Assembly: GCA_965197905.1 (NCBI GenBank)
Contig: CBDAOB010000005.1
Coordinates: forward strand, 256,001-320,000
DNA: 64,000 nucleotides
From: Candidatus Latescibacterota bacterium
GTDB taxonomy: Bacteria; Latescibacterota; UBA2968; UBA8231
Direction: 5' to 3'
Part shown: one piece after another, positions 11,430 through 22,412 of the stretch
Layout: every line of letters starts with the position of its first letter
Position numbering within the stretch: the stretch's first letter is position 1
Program-made: the position numbers and the translations under genes
The notes under the pieces: model-generated
Database searches by the model: none
Told to the model about the DNA's origin: nothing
Seen by the model: only the letters and a program-made list of their open reading frames with translations

Positions 11430-12887
11430 CTACGAAAGGGGGGAAGGAACCCGGCGCTCCTCTAGGTACTCGGCGTCCGTGTTCACCAACCACGGATCAT
11501 CGTCGCTCTGGCCCAGGCAGTTCCGGGTGGCCAATAGGGCGGTCATCATGGAGTGGTCCTGGTTGTTGTAGTGGTGCATTCCGTTGCGCCCCACGGTCCA
11601 GATGTTCTCGAAACCGTCGAGCCAGCTCCGTACCTTCTCGACCACCGATTTGTAGTGCTCGTCGTAGACCGGATACGCTTTTTTTACTCGCACCACAGCG
11701 CCATCCACAACCTTGTCGTGCCCTAGCAACCCCAAACCGGTCAACTCCTTCACGGCCAGGCTCCGGAGTGACCCGTCGCTCTGGTTCCACAGATCGTCCT
11801 GTTGGTTGCAGAAATACTCCACGCCGAGAACGGAAAAGGCGCCTTCGGGAACCATGTCTGCCGACCAGTTCCCGTAATTCTGCACCCGTCCTGCTTTGAC
11901 TGCAGGATCGTGAATATAGATCCAGTTGTCGGGAAATATGTCGGTTCCTTTCACGGTAAGGGCGACTATTAGAAAGTCGCGATAGCGAAGTTTTTCTACC
12001 TCCGCGATCAGGTCCGGCGGCGCTGCGGGATCGAAGTTGCGAACGAATTCTCGCAGCGGCATCGAGCTGATCAGCGCTCCGCAGGCGTGTTCGTGTCGAT
12101 TTCCATCGCGGTCTTCGCTAACGACACGCACCGCGCGTCGGCCGTCGGTCATCACCGAGGTTACCGTGCGGTCCAACAGCACCTTGCTCCCGTGGGATTC
12201 GATCCGGCGCGCCACGGTTTCCCACATCATGCCCGGGCCCTTGCGGGGGTAGAGAAATCGGTCTGTCAGCGTTTTTACTACCTTGCCGCTTCCCCGGCTA
12301 CCGCCGCTTAAACCTATCGAGTTCATGACGGCGATTCTCAACGACAGACCCTTGATGCGCTGGGCGGCCCAGTCCGCCGAGATCTCCTCACATCGCATGC
12401 CCCAAACCTTTTCGGTATAGCTCCGAAAAAAAATCCGGAAGAGTCGATCGCCGAACCGGTTGGTGACCCAGTCTCTGAAGGAAACCTCAGGTTTGATCGG
12501 ATTCACACTGCGATACAGGTAGGTAAGGATACAGAGGAAGGAATCGAGCACGCCAAGGTTGATCAGCGCGTTGAGCGGCCGCAGCGGATATTCGAAGAAT
12601 TTGCCGCCATAAAAGATCCGGCTATGGCGATCCACCTCGATAAAATCCTCCGGCGGCAGCACCTCCTTCCACTAGGCGACGATTTCCTGATTCTTCGAGA
12701 AGAAACGGTGGCCGCCCAGGTCGAACCGGGCGCCATTGTGCTCGACCGTTCGCGCCAGACCACCCAGGTAGTGGGGGTCGGATTCCAGCACGGTGCATTC
12801 TCCGTCGCTCTTGCAGTACTCCAGGCCGGCCGTGAGTCCTGCGGGTCCGCCGCCAATGACGACCATGTGCGGGCGCGAGTCGTTCAC
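11430..12887 (-). pseudogene. NAD(P)/FAD-dependent oxidoreductase (protoporphyrinogen oxidase/UDP-galactopyranose mutase-like) with in-frame TAG at 12672-12674
   Basis: GGGPAG Rossmann motif, GGLART, DLGGHRFFSK, WIYIHDP, GRNGMHHYNNQDHSM; both parts are in the same frame. Confidence 0.85.
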
Positions 12888-13102
12888 TCTTTTGTCGGTT
12901 GTTGAATGGGTCTAGATGTTATCCGGGGGTGTCTGAGAAGGCGCACTTGAATGTAGCAACTGGGTCTCATTTTGTCGTTGATGTCCGGCCGTCCCGGTCG
13001 ATTGCCGGCGCCAGGTTCCTTGCGTACTGTTGCCAACGTTCAGTGGAATCGATCTGACCATATGTGAATGCAGCCCGTCACGACGTCGGCGGAGGACGAA
13101 AG

Positions 13103-14719
13103 ATGGCTCGACCCGAGCGAGCAACCCACAGAATGGCGTGTGAGTGGGGCATCGATTCACATAAACAGTACAAAGATCCGTTCAACGCCCTCGAGTTGGA
13201 CGTGCATTTTACCCACGAAAGCGGAACCGAGTACCGGGTCCCCGCATTCTGGGCCGGCGATCACCACTGGCGGGTGCGTTTCGCGCCTCCCGAGGCCGGC
13301 TCCTACACCTATCGCAGCGTGTGCACTGACGCTGACAACCAGGAACTGAATGGCGACGAGGGGAGCCTGGAAGCGGGTCCCTATACGGGTGATAACCTGC
13401 TGCTTTCAAGGGGACCACTTTCCCTCGGTGGCGAGCCGACGCGCTTCATGCACGAAGACGGCACCGCTTTCTTCTGGCTCGGCGACACCTGGTGGATGGG
13501 ACTGTGCCACCGCTGGACCTGGCCCGAGGATATTCAGCTGCTCGCCGCCGACCGTAAACAGAAAGGGTTCACCGTAATCCAGATCATCGCAGGCCTCTAT
13601 CCCGACATGCTCGCTTTCGATCCCCGGGGCGCCAACGAAAGTGGATTTCCCTGGGACCCGCAGTACGAACAGATCAACCCCGCCTACTTCGATGCCGCCG
13701 ACCTGCGTATTCAATGGCTCGTGCGCTGTGGTCTGGTGCCGTGTATCTTCGCCTGCTGGGGCTGGTTCTACTCCCTCATGGGCGAGCAGCGGATGAAACA
13801 GCACTGGCGGAACCTGGTGGCGCGCTGGGGCGCGTATCCGGTTGTCTGGTGTCTAGCCGGTGAGGGGCAGCAGATCTACTACCTGACCAAGACCCCGGAC
13901 GAGGATCGGGCCCGTCAGCTGCGGGGGTGGACCGAGCTTGCCCGCTATGTGCGCGAGATCGATCCGTACCGGCGCCTGTTGACCATTCATCCGGCCTCCC
14001 TGCGCGATTCCCGCGAGCAGATCGAAGATCCGCAGCTGATCGACTTCGGCATGCTGCAGCTGAGTCATCGGGGACACGAGTACCTGGGCGATCAGATGCG
14101 CATTCTCGACGAGTCCGTGCGGCGCTCGCCACCGCTTGCCATCGTCAACGCGGAAGGGAATTACGAAGGGATCAAGGGGGGGCATCTCGCCGATGTGCAG
14201 CGGTTCTCTTTCTGGAGCAGCATGCTGCTGGGCGCCGCCGGGTTCACCTACGGCGCCAACGGCATGTGGCAGATCAATCGACGGGAGGAGCCGTTCGGTC
14301 CCTCTCCGCACGGCGCTTCCTGGGGAGACACCTCCTGGGAGGAGGCGTACCAGCTGCCGGGGGGAAACCAGGTCGCCTTGGGAAGCCGGATCCTGCGCCA
14401 GCTGCCGTGGCACAGGTTTACTCCTCATCTGGAGTGGGTTCGGGATGCGGATGGGGTCGACAACCTCTTACGCCCGGTGGCGGCCGGCATACCGCAGGAG
14501 TGTCGCGTCGTCTACCTGCCGGTGCCGTTGCATCCCCAGGGAGCGCGCCCTACCGTTCTCGGCATCGAGCACGACAACTACGAAGCCCGCTTTGTCAGCA
14601 CGGAAAACGGTCGGGATTACGATCTTGGGCGCGTGACACCCGATGCCAGCGGAGAGTGGATGCTGGCGCCGCCGCCGATCATGCACGACCTGCTGCTCAT
14701 ACTCCAGCGGCCGTCGTAA
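13103..14719 (+). CDS. DUF5060/DUF4038 (apiosidase-like) glycoside hydrolase
   Basis: WRVRFAP, FFWLGDTWW, KGFTVIQ, YPVVWCLAGE, NAEGNYEG, GFTYGANGMW; GGAGG RBS. Confidence 0.85.
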   Translation: MARPERATHRMACEWGIDSHKQYKDPFNALELDVHFTHESGTEYRVPAFWAGDHHWRVRFAPPEAGSYTYRSVCTDADNQELNGDEGSLEAGPYTGDNLLLSRGPLSLGGEPTRFMHEDGTAFFWLGDTWWMGLCHRWTWPEDIQLLAADRKQKGFTVIQIIAGLYPDMLAFDPRGANESGFPWDPQYEQINPAYFDAADLRIQWLVRCGLVPCIFACWGWFYSLMGEQRMKQHWRNLVARWGAYPVVWCLAGEGQQIYYLTKTPDEDRARQLRGWTELARYVREIDPYRRLLTIHPASLRDSREQIEDPQLIDFGMLQLSHRGHEYLGDQMRILDESVRRSPPLAIVNAEGNYEGIKGGHLADVQRFSFWSSMLLGAAGFTYGANGMWQINRREEPFGPSPHGASWGDTSWEEAYQLPGGNQVALGSRILRQLPWHRFTPHLEWVRDADGVDNLLRPVAAGIPQECRVVYLPVPLHPQGARPTVLGIEHDNYEARFVSTENGRDYDLGRVTPDASGEWMLAPPPIMHDLLLILQRPS

Positions 14720-14747
14720 TCGGGTCTCGTCGCCGGGCGGCGAAAGG

Positions 14748-15494
14748 TTATTTCTTGTTCTTCTTGCCGGCTTTGGCTCCGTACGCTTGCCCACCGAATA
14801 TAGCCCGTATCTCGGCGGCGGATGTCGCTTTGGACGCGGCGCCCATTCGCTCCTCCTCCACCTTCTGAATCTTCTTGCAGTTGTCCAGCACCGCGGCCAT
14901 ATGCTGGGCTGGAAATTTACAAGCGCCGTTCTCGTCCATGTGCACGATCTCTCCAGGCGCTACATCCATGCCAGCAACCGAAACGGGAACATTGACCGCA
15001 TGCACCGCAAAATCTCCATGACCGGGAGTGAGCCCGGTGAGCAGATACTGGAATTTCATCGGTCGAATCTCGTCGATATCCCTGGAGGGCCCGTTCGAGA
15101 CGACGCCGACGCAACCCATCGCTTTCATCGCTGTGGTCATGTTGCCACCGGCGAGGCCCACCTTGCCCTGCAACTCCGGCGGAAACTTCTGCTGCAGTAC
15201 CAGGATGGTAGGTTTTTTTGAGACGTCCAGTGCATCTATGACATCCATGAAGGTCAAGCGCGAAAAGCTCGGGTCGGGCAACCCGAATACGCAGGTCACT
15301 GCGTAGCCCGTGAGCCGGCCCAGTTCCGGATACATGCAGCGGATGCTCTGATCGGTGTACCAATTCTCGGTCCACGGATTGTAGAGCCCGAGGCAGAGCG
15401 GATTTTTTGGATAGGTGGCAACGACGTTGGTTATGGTAGGGGTATCGAATCCCTTGAGTGCTTCCAATATGTCCGTATCGCTGAGCTTCGGCAT
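14748..15494 (-). CDS. RraA/HMG aldolase family protein
   Basis: DTPTITN, GYAVT, GGNM, NGPSRDIDE, VAPGEIVHMDENG. Confidence 0.85.
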   Translation of the reverse strand: MPKLSDTDILEALKGFDTPTITNVVATYPKNPLCLGLYNPWTENWYTDQSIRCMYPELGRLTGYAVTCVFGLPDPSFSRLTFMDVIDALDVSKKPTILVLQQKFPPELQGKVGLAGGNMTTAMKAMGCVGVVSNGPSRDIDEIRPMKFQYLLTGLTPGHGDFAVHAVNVPVSVAGMDVAPGEIVHMDENGACKFPAQHMAAVLDNCKKIQKVEEERMGAASKATSAAEIRAIFGGQAYGAKAGKKNKK

Positions 15495-15606
15495 GGTTTC
15501 CTCCACGGGTGACCAGCTTACAGCATCTGGACTAAGGTTCTTCGCGTCAATACTTTTTTGAGACCGACATCTCGTTTCCATGGACGAACCCGAGAGGACT
15601 CTCAAC

Positions 15607-16971
15607 ATGCAGTCTCAATTTGAAGCGGAATATGTTGCCAAGACACCCGGATCGAAGGCGCTGTGGCCGCGCGCCCAAGAGGTGTTCCCCAGCGGAGTGA
15701 CGCATGATTCGAGGATCTTCGCTCCGTACCCGTTGTGTATCGACCGTGCCTCAGGCTCCCACAAATGGGATGTGGATGGCAACGAGTACATCGACTTTTA
15801 TGGCGGCCACGGTGCGCTGTTGCTGGGCCACTGCCATCCGGTGGTGTTAGAAGCCGTAATCGAGCAGGCTGCCAAGGGAACCCAGTTCGGCTCCTCCAAC
15901 GAGATGGAGCTGAGGTGGGCGGAGCAGATCGTCAAGATGGTACCCTGCGCCGAGAAGGTGCGTTTTACCAGCTCCGGAACCGAAGCGAGCCACCTGGCTT
16001 TTCGCATTTCCAGGGCGGCCACGGGAAAAACCAAGATCCTGCGCTTCGCGGGCCATTTTCACGGTTGGCACGACCAGGTGGCGTGGGCGGCCACCACCCA
16101 TCTCGACGGTTCAGTGCCGGCAGGCATAACTGGAGAAACCATGGAGAACGTGATTGTTTGTCCGCCCAACGACCTGGATGCCTTGGAGCGTCACTTGGCG
16201 AACAATGACGACATTGCGGCCGCGATCCTGGAACCCACCGGTGGCACCTTCGGCACTGCGCCGACCTCCGGCGAGTTTCTGCACCAGCTGCGGCGTTTGA
16301 CCGAGCAGTACCACGTGCTGCTCATTTTCGACGAGGTGGTGACCGGATTCCGGGTTGCGCCCGGAGGTGCTCAGGAGCAGTACGGGGTCACCCCGGATCT
16401 GTCGCTGCTGGCCAAGATCATGGCGGGCGGATATCCGGGGGGTGCCGTGGTGGGTCGCTCCGACATCCTGGAAGTAATGAACACCCATCCGGACCCGGAA
16501 TGGAACCGCCAGAACCTCGTTTCACATTATGGCACCTTCAACGCCAATCCCTTTTCCGCCAGCGCCGGACTGGCGTCCCTGCAACTGATCGACTCCGAGG
16601 ATATGACGGGCCGCGCCAACGCGACCGCCCAACAGCTGCGGGATGCCTTGAGCGATATCGTTCAGTCGGCGGGACTCAACTGGGTCGTGTACGGCGAGTT
16701 CTCCGGGGTCCACATCTTCACCAACGGTGACGATATGGAGGTATCGCGCGAGGACATCTACGCCGGACGGGTGGACTACCTCGAGCTCAAACGTCGCCCT
16801 CCCGAGATCACCGCCGCCCTACGGCATGGCCTGCTTGCGCGCGGGGTCGATTTCGCCGGCTGGCCGGGGGCCATCGTCTCGGCGGTGCATTCCGGAGCCG
16901 ACATCGATCGCACCGCAAGCGTTTTCGAAGAGGTTGCCCACATGTTCAAGGAGGAGCTTGTGGCGGGGTGA
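15607..16971 (+). CDS. Class III PLP aminotransferase (glutamate-1-semialdehyde aminomutase-like)
   Basis: WDVDGNEYID, SSGTEA, FHGWHD, LIFDEVVTGFR, LAKIMAGG, GTFNANP. Confidence 0.9.
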   Translation: MQSQFEAEYVAKTPGSKALWPRAQEVFPSGVTHDSRIFAPYPLCIDRASGSHKWDVDGNEYIDFYGGHGALLLGHCHPVVLEAVIEQAAKGTQFGSSNEMELRWAEQIVKMVPCAEKVRFTSSGTEASHLAFRISRAATGKTKILRFAGHFHGWHDQVAWAATTHLDGSVPAGITGETMENVIVCPPNDLDALERHLANNDDIAAAILEPTGGTFGTAPTSGEFLHQLRRLTEQYHVLLIFDEVVTGFRVAPGGAQEQYGVTPDLSLLAKIMAGGYPGGAVVGRSDILEVMNTHPDPEWNRQNLVSHYGTFNANPFSASAGLASLQLIDSEDMTGRANATAQQLRDALSDIVQSAGLNWVVYGEFSGVHIFTNGDDMEVSREDIYAGRVDYLELKRRPPEITAALRHGLLARGVDFAGWPGAIVSAVHSGADIDRTASVFEEVAHMFKEELVAG

Positions 16972-17825
16972 TGCGCGCGTCTCTGCTCGCCCTCCTGGTG
17001 ACCTTACCGCTGCTTGCCTGCGGCGACAAGGGCGTTGATTCCAGAGCGCCCGCACTGCTGGCCGGCGACTACGAAATCCTGAACACGCGCGACATCGACG
17101 AGCTGCGCCAGAGGGGAGGGGAGGCCTACACCATCGGTGGATCTTTGCTCATCTTCGGTTCAGCGGTGGAGGACCTGTCCGGTCTCGGAAACCTGACCGG
17201 GATCGGTCGAAGTCTGGAGATTCGTTTCAATACCAGACTGACTTCCCTGCGCGGACTCGAAGGCCTGGCAAGCGTCGGCGATAGCCTGACGGATACGGGG
17301 CTTCGCGTTTCCCCGCTGGAAAACCCTTCCAACAAAAGCCTCCACGTCATCGAGGGACTGATCGTCACCGATAATCCGGCGCTGGCTAGCCTGCTGGGCC
17401 TGGACAGCCTGCAGTTCGTGGGGGGTGGCCTCTCACTGATTTTCAATGAGACGCTGACAAGCCTAGATCATCTGGGAAACTTGACGCGGGTCCGCGGCAG
17501 CGTCGACGTCATTGCGAATCCCATGCTCGCCGGGCTTACCGGATTGCAACGATTGGAGCGGATCGAAGGATACCTGGAGGTGGGCGGCAACCCGCTCATA
17601 AGCGATCTGCGAGGCTTGGAGCGCTTGTCCACCGTCGACGCAGATCTGATCGTCTGGTTCAACGACGGACTGACGTCTCTGGATGGGCTTCAGGGGCTAG
17701 AGGTGGTGGGCGGACCGCTGACCATCGATCGAAACCCGTTGCTTCCACAAGAGCAGGTGCGCGCGTTTGTCGACAGTCTGATCGCCAGGGGGTACGAGGG
17801 AGAAGCGATTCTCGGTCCGGGGTGA
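16968..17825 (+). CDS. Receptor L-domain/leucine-rich repeat lipoprotein
   Basis: Lipobox LLAC, repeats L.GL..L..(V/I)GG.L.I..N..L. Confidence 0.8.
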   Translation: MMRASLLALLVTLPLLACGDKGVDSRAPALLAGDYEILNTRDIDELRQRGGEAYTIGGSLLIFGSAVEDLSGLGNLTGIGRSLEIRFNTRLTSLRGLEGLASVGDSLTDTGLRVSPLENPSNKSLHVIEGLIVTDNPALASLLGLDSLQFVGGGLSLIFNETLTSLDHLGNLTRVRGSVDVIANPMLAGLTGLQRLERIEGYLEVGGNPLISDLRGLERLSTVDADLIVWFNDGLTSLDGLQGLEVVGGPLTIDRNPLLPQEQVRAFVDSLIARGYEGEAILGPG

Positions 17826-17844
17826 CCGGGCCCTTTTCCCGAGT

Positions 17845-18324
17845 CTAGGGTTCAGTGCAGGTGAAGTCGCGTCCTTCGGTGCAACCGGTGTGGCAGCCTA
17901 CGCACGACGGCAGCTGTCCCTCGCGCATAACCTTGCCCTTGATATCCAGCTCCTGCCAGCTCCAATCTCCCGTCAACGGCGCTGTCTGCGTCTCGCCTTT
18001 CCTCATGCTGACGAAACCGGCGATCTCGGAACAACCGGGATCGGCGTGCAGCACCTTCACGAGAACCGATCCAACGGGTAGTGGATAGGCGCCGTCCACG
18101 TAAGCCCCGGCGTTCTCGGGGTCGGCGAACACGACGATGTTGTGCCCGTCGTGGGCGCTGCTGAAGCGACAGTTCCGCACCTGGATATAGGAGGCGCGAA
18201 AGTCCGTGGGATAGAACGGCTCCGGTCCACTGGCGCCGGTAGCCTTATCGTCGCTGCATTGGGTCGTGGAGGTCAGGGGAAGGCAGACTGCCGCCAACAC
18301 GAGGACGGCGCGCTTCGGCGTCAC
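17845..18324 (-). CDS. Cytochrome P460 family protein
   Basis: Signal peptide, PVGSVLVK, MRKG...GDWSW, C-terminal CVGCH heme motif. Confidence 0.75.
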   Translation of the reverse strand: MTPKRAVLVLAAVCLPLTSTTQCSDDKATGASGPEPFYPTDFRASYIQVRNCRFSSAHDGHNIVVFADPENAGAYVDGAYPLPVGSVLVKVLHADPGCSEIAGFVSMRKGETQTAPLTGDWSWQELDIKGKVMREGQLPSCVGCHTGCTEGRDFTCTEP

Positions 18325-19541
18325 TTGCGCACAACCCGGACCCGGTTGTTGTGGGTATCGGCGATGTAGAGGTTGCCTCTGCGGTCTACGTCGAGACCGT
18401 AGGGTCGATTCAACAGCGCTTCGAGCGGATGGCCCCCCCCCCCATCGCCGTCGTATCCTATCTCACCGCATTGCCCCACCAGCGTGCGGATGAGGCCATC
18501 TAGATCGACCATTCGCACGCAGTGGTTGAAGGTGTCGGCGATAAACAGCCGCCCGTCAGGACCTACTGCCACATCGCACGGCCAGCCCAACTTCGCCTCA
18601 GTTGCCGGCACCCCTTCACCCTCGAAGATGACGCCTCTGGACCCCAGGATATGGCTTTCGATTTCGATGTCACCCTCCTCCAGTTCGGCGTCCACCTTGG
18701 TGAACCCGGCAACGGTCGATATGATGCCGCTCACCGCGTCGATTCGCCGAATTCGATTGTTCATGGTGTCGGCGACGAAGATGTTACCGTCCGAGTCGGA
18801 CGTGATGCGGCTCGTCGGTGGCGCGGATTGTCCGGTGGGGGAGAACAGCTGCGCCATGTAGGCCGGCTCCTCTTCGCCCGCGAACCCCGGTTTACCGTTG
18901 CCTGCGATGGTGGTGATGATTCCGTTCAGGTCCACCATGCGAATGCGCTGGTTGGCCTGGTCGGAGATGAACATGCGTCCGGCGAGATCGAAGGCGGTGG
19001 AACTGGGCAGATCCAGCGCAGCCTCGGTGGCCGGACCCCCGTCGCCGGCGAAGGAGCGCGCCCCGGTTCCCACAATCCGTTCCAACGATCGGGTGCCGAA
19101 ATCGTACCGCATTACCTTGGAGTTGTGCCAGGCGGCCATGATCAACCGGCCCCTGGGGTCGAACGAGATGTTCGTCGGGTGGTTCAAACCGACCTGCAGC
19201 GCCAGACCTTCCAGAGCATCCCCCAGCTCACCCGTGCCGATCAGGGTGCGCACCACCCCACCATCCACGACACGAACCCGGTGGTTATTCCAATCGAGGA
19301 TGTAGAGCCGGTTGTCCGGGCCATACGTGACATCCTGAGGCAGATACAATTCCGTTATATCAGGTGCCATGCCCTCAGGCCCTAGTCCGGAGATGCCAGT
19401 ACCCACCAGCGTGTGAATCTCGGAGTACGGTTCACCGCCGTGCGCTGGACCCGACGGTGAGCTGTCACAGCCGCTGCCGGCGAAGCCAGCCAAGGCCGCC
19501 AAGGCGATTCCTCGAACTAGCTGTGTTTTGAAAAGCAGCAT
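18321..19541 (-). CDS. NHL-repeat beta-propeller lipoprotein
   Basis: Lipobox-like GSGC, GDGGPA..A.L..P, IADT.NNR.R repeats. Confidence 0.85.
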   Translation of the reverse strand: MLLFKTQLVRGIALAALAGFAGSGCDSSPSGPAHGGEPYSEIHTLVGTGISGLGPEGMAPDITELYLPQDVTYGPDNRLYILDWNNHRVRVVDGGVVRTLIGTGELGDALEGLALQVGLNHPTNISFDPRGRLIMAAWHNSKVMRYDFGTRSLERIVGTGARSFAGDGGPATEAALDLPSSTAFDLAGRMFISDQANQRIRMVDLNGIITTIAGNGKPGFAGEEEPAYMAQLFSPTGQSAPPTSRITSDSDGNIFVADTMNNRIRRIDAVSGIISTVAGFTKVDAELEEGDIEIESHILGSRGVIFEGEGVPATEAKLGWPCDVAVGPDGRLFIADTFNHCVRMVDLDGLIRTLVGQCGEIGYDGDGGGGHPLEALLNRPYGLDVDRRGNLYIADTHNNRVRVVRK

Positions 19542-19550
19542 CGGGTGCTC

Positions 19551-20741
19551 CTATGGATTTACACGGCGTATGCGATGATTGTAGGTGTCGGCAATGATCA
19601 GACGCCCCATGGCGTCCTCTGCGATGCCGGCCGGCCGGTTCAGGGATGCCGAAACGGCAGGTCCTCCGTCCCCCGAAAATCCGGCCATTCCGTTTCCGGC
19701 AACGGTGGAAATGATCCCGGTGTCGAGATCGATGGCACGAATGCGGTGATTCAGCTCGTCGGCTACCAGAAGCCGGCCGTCGCGAGTGAACAGCAGATCA
19801 CGGGGATTGTCGAACGCGGCGGACAACGCCGATCCTCCGTCCCCCGAAAACCCACGATCGCCCGTTCCCGCGAAGGTGTCGATGCGGTCGTTGTCGAAAT
19901 CTACGACGCGGATGCGATTGTTGAGGCTGTCCGATATGTAGAGTCTGCCAGCGGGTCCAAACGCGAGTGAGCCCGCGGGCTGGGGGTTGCTCCCCGCGGG
20001 AAGATGCAATTGGGCTTCCAGGGGTAGACCCCCGTCTCCCGCAAAGCCGGGTTCGCCGGTGCCCACCACGGTGGAGATGGTGCCGTCGGCGGCAATTCTG
20101 CGGATTCGCTGATTGCGCTGGTCGAGGATGTAGAGCCCTGCATCCGGACCGAGTACCGTCTGGCTCGGTTGGCTCAAGAGGGCCTCGCGCGCGTGATCGC
20201 CGTCCCCTTCGAAACCGGCAGCGGCCCCGCAGATAACCATAACCAGACCGGTTGCCGGATCGTAGGTGCGCAGCTTGTGGTTGTGCCAGGCCGTAAGCAG
20301 CAACGTGCCGTTGGGCAGGGGGATCATCTGGGTTGGGTGATTCAGCAGCACTGTAGTTCCCAACGCGCCGGGAGCCACTTGATCCGATTCGTCGTACGGG
20401 CCGTCGCCCACGAAATCGGATCCGATGACGGTCAGCAGCGTCTCGTCGGCCATCACCTTCCGCACCCGGTGGTTGTTCCAGTCCATCACGTAGGTGTCCC
20501 CCGCGGGGGTCACCGTGATGTCCATCGGCCAGTAGAATTTGGACAGCAACAGGGGTTGGCCGTCGCCTTCCCAGCCTGGGCCGCCTGTGCCGGCCCAGGT
20601 GCAGATGGAGCCGGGTTCAGCGGAACAGAGCGAGACCGGCACCTCCATTTCTCCGTTTGCGGACATGCCCTTGTCGCCGGAACATCCGGCCAGACACAGC
20701 GCCACAGCGCAGAAGACAAGCCGCAGAACAGAATTCACCAT
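19551..20741 (-). CDS. NHL-repeat beta-propeller lipoprotein (paralog of the downstream gene)
   Basis: Lipobox LAGC, shared DWNNHRVR and LNHPT...AWHN motifs; ORF could extend to 20804. Confidence 0.85.
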   Translation of the reverse strand: MVNSVLRLVFCAVALCLAGCSGDKGMSANGEMEVPVSLCSAEPGSICTWAGTGGPGWEGDGQPLLLSKFYWPMDITVTPAGDTYVMDWNNHRVRKVMADETLLTVIGSDFVGDGPYDESDQVAPGALGTTVLLNHPTQMIPLPNGTLLLTAWHNHKLRTYDPATGLVMVICGAAAGFEGDGDHAREALLSQPSQTVLGPDAGLYILDQRNQRIRRIAADGTISTVVGTGEPGFAGDGGLPLEAQLHLPAGSNPQPAGSLAFGPAGRLYISDSLNNRIRVVDFDNDRIDTFAGTGDRGFSGDGGSALSAAFDNPRDLLFTRDGRLLVADELNHRIRAIDLDTGIISTVAGNGMAGFSGDGGPAVSASLNRPAGIAEDAMGRLIIADTYNHRIRRVNP

Positions 20742-20840
20742 TGTTTCAAAAACCTTCGTTCGCCGCACTCCTCCGCTGGAGACAGCGACGATTGCTTTAC
20801 CCATGTAGGTAGTATAAAACTCATCGTTCGACTTACCAAT

Positions 20841-22412
20841 TCATTCCATATTCGCTTCAATCTCCACAAGACCTTCGAACCCGCCGGCGGCCAGTCGGCC
20901 GGCGAAGGCGCGGGCGTTTTCCGCCGACAGGCTCGGATTTTCGGTGATGCGCAGGATCCTTCCGACGCTGCTCAGGTTGCGCAAACCGTCCAGGTCGGCC
21001 AGGGAAGGATTGCCGACTATGAGTAGATCGCGCCCCACACTGGACAGTCGCTCGGCGCCCACCAATACCGCCAGAGACTCGTTGCCGGCGATCCGCAGGT
21101 TTTCACCGATCGAAACCAGGGCGGAGAGTCCGTCCAGGGTAGCCAGGGTGCTGTTCTCGTCGATAAGAAGGCTCTCTTCGATGGTTTCGAGGTGCTCGAG
21201 TCCCATGAGGTTTTCGAGGGCGCCGTTTCGCGCCAGGAAGAAATCCTCTCCCAGGTGGACGAGCCCGTTCAGCGCGGCAAGGGATTGCAGTTCCGGTTGG
21301 TCCTCCAGACGCAGGTCACCGGCGACCTCTGCCAGGTTTTCAAGTCCGTCCAGGGTGGCAAGGGAGCTGTTGCCACTGAGCCTGAGCTCTCCGGGAAGCG
21401 ATGTGAAAGCCGGGAACCCCTCCAGATTCACCAGGGCCCCATTGTCGATGATTCCGATATCGGATCCCACGACCGTCAATCGTTCCAATCCATCCAGGGC
21501 CCGCAGCTTCTGGTTGCCGCTGATCCACAGCTGGCCGTGCACCGCTGTCAGATTGGTCAGAGCCGCCAGAGAAAGGAGCTCGGGATTGCCGGAGATAACA
21601 AGATCGTCGGCAATGCCGGTCAGATTGTCGACGCCCTGAAGCGACTCCACGAGGTCGTTGTTGGCGATGCTTATGCTGCCGCGAATCGTAGTGATCGACT
21701 CCAATCCCTCAAGTGAAGTGAGCCGACCATTCCCCTCGACGATCAGGTTGTGACCGATCTCGTGCAGAGAGCGAAGCGGTTGTAGCGTGGCGAGATTGGC
21801 ATTGCCGTCGACGAATAACGAGCCGCCAATGACTGTTAGGTTTCTCAATCCCTGCAGCTGGGTCAGGTTCTGGTTCTGCAGGAGAACGAGATTGCCGCCG
21901 ATCTCTTCCAGATGCGACAGGCTGTCCAGGGCAAGCAGCCGTTCGTTATTCGATATATTCAGCTCGCCATGAATCGTCGTCACTCGCTGCAGACCATCCA
22001 TGCTCAGCAGCGATCGGTTCAAGCTGATTCTGATCTTGCCGCCGTGATTCGGACTCTGACCTACCTGCTGGAGACTGCGCAGGCCGGCCAGGGAGACCAG
22101 CTGATCGTTGTTTTCGACCAGGAGGTCAAACCCGATGCTGGTGAGATTCTGCAACCCGCCGAGATTCACCAATCCCGGATTGTTTCTCAGTGTGAGACTG
22201 CCGCCCACCGTCTGCAGGTTCTCCAGAAACCCCAGATCGGTCAGGTCCGGGCTCTCGATCAGCAGATCGCCCTCGAGGGTCGAGCGCGACCGCAGGGCTC
22301 GCAGGTCGGAGACGGTTCTTACGATCGCGTCACCGGACGAACACTGAGGGTTACCCTCGTCGCCGCAGGAGTATCCCAAGCAGCATGCCGACAGGCCAAT
22401 GAGCCATTTCAT
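20841..22412 (-). CDS. Receptor L-domain/leucine-rich repeat lipoprotein
   Basis: Lipobox-like GYSC, many ~25-aa L-domain repeats, C-terminus like that of 16968-17825. Confidence 0.8.
   Translation of the reverse strand: MKWLIGLSACCLGYSCGDEGNPQCSSGDAIVRTVSDLRALRSRSTLEGDLLIESPDLTDLGFLENLQTVGGSLTLRNNPGLVNLGGLQNLTSIGFDLLVENNDQLVSLAGLRSLQQVGQSPNHGGKIRISLNRSLLSMDGLQRVTTIHGELNISNNERLLALDSLSHLEEIGGNLVLLQNQNLTQLQGLRNLTVIGGSLFVDGNANLATLQPLRSLHEIGHNLIVEGNGRLTSLEGLESITTIRGSISIANNDLVESLQGVDNLTGIADDLVISGNPELLSLAALTNLTAVHGQLWISGNQKLRALDGLERLTVVGSDIGIIDNGALVNLEGFPAFTSLPGELRLSGNSSLATLDGLENLAEVAGDLRLEDQPELQSLAALNGLVHLGEDFFLARNGALENLMGLEHLETIEESLLIDENSTLATLDGLSALVSIGENLRIAGNESLAVLVGAERLSSVGRDLLIVGNPSLADLDGLRNLSSVGRILRITENPSLSAENARAFAGRLAAGGFEGLVEIEANME

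Noticed and set aside
12672..12674. TAG recoding or pyrrolysine (also 63948-63950)
   Set aside because: TAG is the normal stop of several intact genes here (1976, 37806, 41514, 49513) and no pyl genes are seen; point error or nonsense mutation is simpler.
15607..16971. hemL assignment
   Set aside because: GSA-like, but motifs diverge (SGVTHD rather than GGVNSP) and there is no hem context; symbol withheld.
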